A stretch of 64,000 nucleotides of DNA from Octopus vulgaris (taxonomy: Eukaryota), in NCBI GenBank assembly GCA_951406725.2, contig OX597814.1:225060001-225124000 (forward strand). The letters run 5' to 3'. The notes under the pieces were generated by a model, which saw nothing but the letters and a program-made list of their open reading frames with translations, had not been told where the DNA came from and ran no database searches. Shown here in pieces: positions 56,000-64,000 of this stretch (position 1 is its first letter; every line of letters starts with the position of its first letter). The position numbers and the translations under genes are program-made.

Positions 56000-56594
56000 C
56001 TTTTCTACTCTAGGGACAAGGCGGTGACCAGTCGATAAGATCGACTGCAGTACGCAACTGGTACTTAATTTATTGACCCCGAAAGGATGAAAGGCAAAGT
56101 CGACATCGGTAGAATTTGAACTCTGAATGTAAAGACAGACGAAATACCGCTAAGCATTTCGTCCAGCGTGCTAACGTTTCTTATTTCTTTATTGCCGACA
56201 AGGGGCTAAACATAGAGGAGATAAACAAGACAGACAAACGGATTATCGATTATATCGACCCCAGTGCGTAACTGGTACTTATTTAATCGACCCCGAAAAG
56301 ATGAAAGCCAAAGTCGACTTCGGCGGAATTTGAACTCAGAACGTAGCGGCAGACGAAATACCTATTTCTTTACTACCCACAAGGGACTAAACACAGAGGA
56401 CAAACAAGGACAGACAAACGGATTAAGTCGATTATATCGACCCCAGTGTGTAACTGGTCCTTATTTATTCGACCCCGAAAGGTTGAACGGCAAAGTCGAC
56501 CTCGGCGGAATTTGAACTCAGAACATAACGGCAGACGAAATACGGCTACGCATTTCGCCCGGCGTGCTAACGTTTCTGCCAGCTCGCCGCCTTA
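56000..56594 (-). mobile_element. Multimeric SINE group A
   Basis: Three cores; single 15-bp TSD acaaatatatagaat at 55985-55999 and 56595-56609. Confidence 0.92.
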
Positions 56595-57112
56595 ACAAAT
56601 ATATAGAATGCTTCATCAAAGATACTACTCAGGCGTATGTGAGAAATATTCAAGTGGTCTCACACATACATACGCACATACGCACACATATACACACGTG
56701 CACATATGGATAGATAATCTTGCCGAATACATTATTTAGCATGTCATTGATCGTTTCCACAAAATGAAATCGACGTAAGAAATTATAAGAAATAAATGAA
56801 CACCTTATAAAAAGAAACAAAATATATCCTGCGGATACAGGCAAACCGTAAAAATTCTTATACATGTTATAAAAATAAGTACTTAGTTTTAGTAAGTGAT
56901 TTGATATATATATATATATATATAAAAGTAAATAACTGGTACAACAAGGCACCGATATTTACTGGAAAATAGCAATCGTAATAAATACGACGCTATTGTA
57001 TAGCTTCACTGCGTATATACTAGTAAAGATGCGTGTGTGTAACAAACATGAAAAAATTTTGTCTTACCTCTAGGAAGAACATCTGAAAAATGGAAAACCT
57101 AGATAACGGATA

Positions 57113-57183
57113 ATGCAGGACCGGTTTCAGACTCTTCAAATACGTTTGACAACGTAGATTTGATTTGTCTTCATCAGCTGCAT
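57113..57183 (-). ncRNA. Type I hammerhead ribozyme, canonical minimal stem III
   Basis: atgcag CTGATGA agac...gtct GAAA ccgg TC ctgcat; predicted cleavage between 57119 and 57118. Confidence 0.88.
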
Positions 57184-57367
57184 ATACCTGGACAATATTT
57201 CAAATGTTGCCACATCTATGCCAGTACACTCGTCTGAACGCCAAAACGTTAACTGAACGATAACAGTGAAGAAGTTTCAATGAAAATAATAATGCAATAC
57301 GAAAGTATTGCTTTCCAGTAAAAGATAACCCGTAAGGGTAAAATTATACATATAATATATATACATA

Positions 57368-58130
57368 TATATATCAAATAATTGATAGGGAAGACGGATT
57401 GTACTGTAAGCTTTATTTAGAACGTCGATCGTTTCAGCTTGTATCTGCACTGCTCCTTAGTGGGTGTAAAGCAGCATAATAGAATCGAATGCACCCCGCA
57501 GTACAGAAGAACCTCACCAGGTTACATAACACGTTACAGTGTTACAGTGTTACAGTATGTGTGCAGGATGGAGGTATGATACATGCATTTACAGCAGTTC
57601 ATATGTCTATCTATATGTATATATGTGTATCTGTGCATGTGTACACACACACATATATATATATGATTGTGTGAATGTGTGTATATATATATATATATAT
57701 TTATGCATCTCTCTGTATGTATGTATGTACGAGTGTATGTGCGTGTCTGTGTGTTTGTCTGTGTGTGTGTTATTTGTGTATGTCTGTGTGTACCCACATT
57801 ACCACGAATGATACGCATGACAAACCATCAAAGAACTCCACAATCTTTAGAACTTTTTTCATTCAAAGGCCATTCCGACCTTCCCATTTATTTTTTGTAT
57901 TTGACTTTTTGCATCCTTTACCCAACAATCTCTGAGTACACATCAAACATCCTACCTCATCAACATATTTTGTAATCTGATGAGGTTCCTTCTGCACGGT
58001 GGAGATCATTCGATTCCATTATATCGTTCCCTACCCACTAAGGAGCAATACAGATGCAAGCCGAAAAGATCGTCATCCTAAATAAAGCTTAAAGTGCACT
58101 CCGTCTTCCCTATCAATTATTTGAAATATA
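57368..58130. repeat. ~160-bp inverted repeat pair (pLTR-like) with decayed hammerhead motifs
   Basis: Arms 57368-57526 and 57971-58130; 25 bp perfect at 57374-57398 / 58100-58124. Confidence 0.85.
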
Positions 58131-58318
58131 CTAAATGTGCAGCGTAGATCCTGCGACGAAAGGGCTGTACCGCGGATGCCGCATGGTATAGCCATATGTG
58201 GCGAAGTGCCCTCAGGCCACACTTCTAGGAACGTACCCTAAACAAGGTTTGGATACTAGATTTTAAAGTCTCCTATCTAAAATTTAATTTTCAAAATAAC
58301 GTGTGTGTGAGAGTGTGC

Positions 58319-58361
<43 letters not shown>

Positions 58362-58543
58362 AGTGTGTACGTGTGTGTATGTGAGTCGCATGCGCTCACT
58401 TTTAAGGTGGGTTACGCCATAAATACTTATCGGTTGATTAGAGTCTTCTTTTATAGATTAAATCATTAAGGGGCCATTTAGTTTCTTAACATGGCTGTAG
58501 GGCTTGCTGTTTAATGCATCAAAACTAAAAAGGAATTGTTTAG

Positions 58544-58620
<77 letters not shown>

Positions 58621-58622
<2 letters not shown>

Positions 58623-59155
58623 TGCAGTACCAGGCTTCTGATCTTAACTGATTGGAAGTGTTATCATGTACATCGTTTTGCCTTGGTATAAAAGATGGGC
58701 TACAGCAAATATTCTGCTCAATACCACAGATTTGCTTGTCAGTTGTTTGACCTTAACCAGTTGAGCATGTCCCTTAGTGGCTGATGATATGTGCATCTCT
58801 GATCACGAGCAGAAGTAGTGGGGGAGCATCATAGCCATGTGTTGAGAGGGATTCTTTGGGGTTTCAATAATTCACCTCTGGAAACATGGGTGGTTCTTTC
58901 AACATCCTTAAACAACCCTAATTCAGGGACCTTTTGAACGGGATGGGCTACTCAACCTGAAGAAAATTCTAACTGGGCCCCACCTGCAAGGTCATGTGCT
59001 GTTTATCTTGATATGAGATCACCATGTCGCGCACATATGGTTGTGATGCATGTGCCTGGTGTACCCTTATCAGACGGGTAGTCATGATGGGTATATTGGG
59101 CTTCGTATATTTTTACCCCAGTGTCACTTTGATGGCATGAACTGCTCTCTCACTC

Positions 59156-59156
<1 letters not shown>
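58621..59156 (+). mobile_element. Non-coding insert between two (AAT)n arrays
   Basis: Higher-GC unique sequence flanked by (AAT)n at ~58545-58620 and ~59156-59193. Confidence 0.55.
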
Positions 59157-59196
<40 letters not shown>

Positions 59197-59234
59197 CGAT
59201 GATGATGATGATGATGATGATGATGAAAATCATT

Positions 59235-60575
59235 GAACCATTTTCTGTTTATGGAGGACATAAAATTGTTGGTAAATCTGAAAAACAGATAGATTCTTTA
59301 ACCAAAAGAGTCCAGAAGTGTGGTTGTGACATCGGTATAGAATTTGGCATTACCAAATGATCAGTACTTAATGTGAAAAGAGGGAAGAAAGCATCCTGCA
59401 GAGGATTGCAGTTACCAACAGTAGAGACCATGGGTGAACCCGATGGTAGTGGGTATCGATATTTAGAGATTTTGGAACTGGATGACATTCTACACAGAGA
59501 AATGAAAGTCAAGGTCAGCGAGGCATATCAAAGAAGGGTGAAGATGATGTTGAATTCCAACCTGAATGCCAAGAATATGATTACCACAATGAATATCTGG
59601 GCAGTTGCGGTGGTCAGATATAGTGCGTCCATCTTCAAATGGACTAAGGTAGAAATATTAACACTGGATAGAAGGACGAGAAAGTTGATGACGCTGAGTT
59701 TAACCAAAGAGGTGAGGAGAAGAGAAAAGAAGCTCTTGAAATAAGAATGCGTGGACAGTTTGAAAGGAATACACAGGATGTTAAGGATAATACAACATCG
59801 TGGGCATGGCCTGAGCGAGGGGATTTGAAGTGTTCTACCGAAAGCCTGATCAGTGCTGCACAAGACCAGGCTCACGCTACCAATTCAGTGAAGTATAACA
59901 GCTATAAAAACTTCTGACACCCAGAAATGCGGCTCTGTGGAAAGAGTGTGGAAAATGTGACCCACTTGGTAAGTGGATGTGAGAGCCTTGCTCAAAAAGA
60001 ATACAAGCGTCGCCACGATAAAGTGTGTGTGTATCTTCATTGGTTCTTATGTCGTAAATACCAATATGAAGTAACAGAGAACTGGTATGAGCATGTACCA
60101 AGTAAAGTTATGCAGGTGGATGGAAAAGTAACGACACTCTGGGACTATGATTTTCAGACAGATCATGTAATCGAACACCGTCGGCCGGATACTGTCATAT
60201 TGAGTAAGAGAGACAAATACTGTCAGATCATTGATGTAGCCATACCAAATGACACGAATGTTGTGAAAAAAAGAGGTTGAAAAAATCACCAAATTCTATG
60301 AATTGAAAGTGGAAATGGCAAGACTGTATGGAATGCGGGAGGGTAATGTAAAAGTGATATCAGTGGTGATCGGAGCGCTGGGTTCAATCCCATTGAAACT
60401 TCAAGACTTCTTAAAGCAACTGGAAATCCCACTCAAGATTGATGTCTTGTAAAAAACACTCTTATTGGGCACAGTGCACATCTTAAGGAAAGTATTATCT
60501 GTTTGAGGTCCTTATTGTGACTTGAAAGATGACTAAAGACTTCGGTGCATTTTACCTACACTGTGTTACAAAGGA
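59235..60575 (+). mobile_element. R4/Dong-clade non-LTR retrotransposon 3' part (RT end, CCHC finger, restriction-like endonuclease)
   Basis: YRYLEILE...RLCGKSVENVTHLVSGC..LAQKEYKRRHDKV...LWDYDFQTD...RRPD...IIDVAIP...VIGALG; ends in (AAT)n; frameshifted. Confidence 0.93.
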
Positions 60576-60689
60576 ATAATGATAATAATAATAATAATAA
60601 TAATAACAATAATAATAATAATTTTTTCTTTCTTCATAAATAAATTCAGTTCTTCAGGGCAAATGTCATTGAATTGTCATAGAAATGAT

Positions 60690-62900
60690 CTCGTTTTAAT
60701 TAGTGTTTTACAACTAGCTTTTTTTCAATTGATAGAACTGAAATGGTAACGATTTTCTCCCGTTTTGTATTGCTTTTGTATCTTTCGATTCTCTTCAACG
60801 CAATAAAGACCGTTCTATGGTGAAAGCCGTAGAATGATTTGTCAAAAACAAATTGCAAAGATCAAAATGTTCTCACATAATTTCATTGAGATCATTAGCA
60901 TAAATATAATGCATAAAATTATATACTCTACTTTTTAAACCATCCATTAGAATTATAACATTTAGTTGAATCTGTAAACGATTTAATGATTTTCAGCTAA
61001 AATTGAAAAAGTTCAATGGATTAAGGCTCTGCTAACGAGGAATATCTTGCTTTTAATTGGCCAATTGTTGTGCTAATAATTCCGTTGCAGTGCATTCTAT
61101 AAATGTTGTAGGTCAGTAGATTTATACTTGGATCTTTTTAACTTGGATTGCTGCATCGGTAACATACATTTCCCCTGGTATTTCATAAAACATCGAAAAG
61201 TTTATATTCAAGTACGTTTCTATATTTCATTTTGTGTTTCTTTTGCGCTTTAGAATATATCACATCAAGACTTTTAATCCGAAAGATGTTAACTAAGGCA
61301 CCATTGAAGGTAACTATATCTCTAATTCTAATAAAAACACGCAATCAGAATTTATAGTACTCTCACCTCATGCTTCAGGATTCTCAATGATGTTTTTTAA
61401 AAGAAACTGATTAGGAAATCGCAATTTTCTTTTGAAGTATTAATGAGACGTGACGAATAATTCCATTTTGTTGCTGCTGCTTTGAAAAATTTCTTTCCTT
61501 AACAGTATTATCTCATGCATTGGTTCTTTGGGGGAATTTCGTAAAAACACGTATCCAGTTCATTTATGTTTTTTTAAATGCTTTTTGTTCTTTTATAGCA
61601 GAGCATGCTTGTGAAAAAACTAAGTTCACTGCATGAGCACAACACTGAATAAAGATGACAGATTAATATTACTCCCATATTAAGGCTGCGAGCTGGCAGA
61701 ATCGTTAGCGCACCGGGAAAAATGCTTAGCAGTATTTCGTCTGCCGTTACATTCTGAGTTCAAATTCTGCCGAGGTCGACTTTGCCTTTCATCCTTTCAG
61801 GGTCAATAAATTAAGTACCAGTTACGCACTGCGGTCGATAAATTAAATACCAGTTACGCACTGGGGTCGATGTAATCGACTTAATCCCTTTGTCTGTCCT
61901 TGTTTTTCGCCTCTATGTTTAGCCCCTTGTGGGCAATAAAGAAATAAGAATCGTTAGCAAGCTGGTCGAAGTGCTTAGTGGCATTTCGCCCGTCTTTACG
62001 TTCTGAGTTCAAATTCTGCTGAGGTTGATTCTTGTTTTTTATCCTTTGGGGATCGATATAATGAGTGCCAGTCGAGCACCTGAATCGATGTAATCGATTT
62101 ACCCATCCCCTGACATTGCTGGTTTTATACCAAAATGTGAGACCAAAATTTCTCCTCTTTTTTTTCACTGCCACAGTTAATTTTCCTGCAATTACAGTAG
62201 CACCATCATAGGTTGGTGCAATTAATTTATTTCCAAACTTACACAATTCAATACATTTTAAAGACATATTCAGATAAAAGTATTTGCTGAACGGTCTACA
62301 TTAACATCATTAACACCGATATATGGTTCTTTCGCAACGGAAGCATTCGCAACATAACGTAAAACAGTCGACTGTTGCAAATAGTTCGATATATCGGATA
62401 CTTCATTTACAAAGAATAGCGACAAATTTAGCTTAATTAAGTTCATTTTTTTTTTTTAGTTCATTCAACATTAAATCATGCATTGATCAAGTCATTCTGA
62501 ATTCTTTTCGAGAGACCTGAGAAAGAGGAAACTGTAGGTATATGGCCTGTCACTTTTACACCAACTGATTAAATATAATTTTCTATCTTTTTTCTTTTGC
62601 TTTGCTTTTTTTATGATTCTCGCGATTATTGGATGCTTCAGATACAAAATTATCACAAAGTGGATAATTCTTGGCGATCTAAAGAAGTAGCTGCATCGAT
62701 CAATCTCCATAGAGTAACTCTGTTATAACTTTATTATGCTACCGTATGTTGTCTTTTATTTGTACTAGTTGTAAGTCTGCGAACATTTCCAAATATTTTA
62801 AGATTGACGATATATTTCATATATCTTTGAAAATGTTCAATGTTTTAGCATGGACCATACATAGATTACGTTAAATATCATAATCTTTCTCATTGCAAAT
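60690..62900 (-). mobile_element. hAT transposase fossil interrupted by SINEs
   Basis: LIDAATSLDRQELS...SNNREN, KLIAPTYDGATVIAG, FIQCCAHAVNLVFSQAC, AATKWNYSSRLI; boundaries approximate. Confidence 0.8.
61683..62145 (+). mobile_element. Multimeric SINE group A nested in the hAT fossil
   Basis: Head, duplicated core segment, long tail, then a second unit. Confidence 0.88.
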
Positions 62901-63352
62901 AATTATTTCTAAATTAAATAACAAGCATCGCCTGCAAAATAATTTAAATGTTTTCTTTTATATGAAATTAACTTGAAAACGTTTCATACATTTCTATTCG
63001 GAACTTTAGAAATTTGTTAATTTCTCTACTAATATATATATATTTCCCCTTCAAAGTAATTTTAAAAAAAACTGTTTTTCAAACTTTCCTTCATGACACA
63101 CGTTTCAGTCTTTTAGACCGAAATGCAGTAACGTAATGAAGTTAAACAAAAGAAAGTTCCAAAGACATTTAAGATCAAATATAATCGGCGATGTTTTGAT
63201 GTGCCTCCGCATGTGTGTGTATGTATGTATCTGTTTAAATGTGTACCCTTTCTGTGAATTGAAAAAAGTACCCTAACATTAAGTTTGAATAACGAATGAC
63301 AATCAAAAATACTGATTTTTGTTGGTGTTCTACCTTCACACTTGCATCAATC

Positions 63353-63419
<67 letters not shown>

Positions 63420-63429
63420 TGTCTTTATC

Positions 63430-63852
63430 GCGGGTTTTATTGGAGCTCCTGGAGTCTTTCATGCGATGCAGGCTGGACGTTATCTAGCGTCCATCCCATC
63501 TAAAGTCAGGAACAGGAACTGCAATAGCTTAGGGTTCAAAGGTCCACAACTCTTCAATGCTCCGCCCCTGCAAAAAAAAAAAAAGAAGAAACTTACACGA
63601 TGTAGATATGGATGTTTTCAAAAAGGAACTGAACACTCTCCTATTCACGATAGCAGACGTAAAACATCTCAGCCAGAAGTGCAGATGAGGGAGTGTCAGA
63701 CTCCCTCATATACCGAATAAACCATCAATCAGTGTAAAAGCAGATGCAGGAATGGTGAAGAAATCGGCCAAATAAGAAAGCTATGGAAAAGGTACAAAAT
63801 CACTTTAATGATCCAGCATGGTCGCACCTGCAGATCTGAAATACATTAAAAG
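63430..63852 (+). mobile_element. CR1-group LINE 3' end
   Basis: NSLGFKGPQLFN...LHDVDMDVFKKELN...EVQMR; tail ccagcatggtcgca...ctgaaa. Confidence 0.75.
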
Positions 63853-63949
63853 AAGAAATATGTGTGTGTGTGTGTGTGTGTGTGTGATAGATAGATGGAT
63901 GGATGGATGGATGGATGGACGGACGGATGGATGGATAGATGGGTGGCTG

Positions 63950-63995
<46 letters not shown>

Positions 63996-64000
63996 CAGAC

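Noticed and set aside
63319-63720. Poly-Leu signal-peptide-like ORF
   Set aside because: (TTA)n microsatellite fused to a CR1 fragment

Overview
AT-rich, repeat-dense animal genomic DNA, most likely octopus. This is inferred from the tRNA-derived SINE families and the extreme (TA)n/(CA)n/(GATA)n/(AAT)n load, and was not checked against a database. Almost every ORF in the supplied track is a microsatellite or SINE artefact. The recognisable content is a transposon graveyard: three SINE groups (many with target-site duplications, several multimeric or tail-swapped); fossil CR1, L1/Tx1, R4/Dong and Penelope retroelements; fossil Tc1/mariner and hAT DNA transposons; and one MITE. Host-gene evidence is limited to a plausible minus-strand terminal exon (24578-24825) and a few weak exon candidates. 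The strongest hidden signal is a set of type I hammerhead ribozyme folds: near-canonical at 9172-9260, 20730-20803, 44319-44398 and 57113-57183, a core variant at 32082-32119, and several decayed copies. They lie in short non-coding units beside (TA)n tracts, some bounded by inverted repeats. Their stems differ in sequence but keep their pairing, with a long stem II and a palindromic stem III. They look like Penelope pLTR-derived, retrozyme-like elements.
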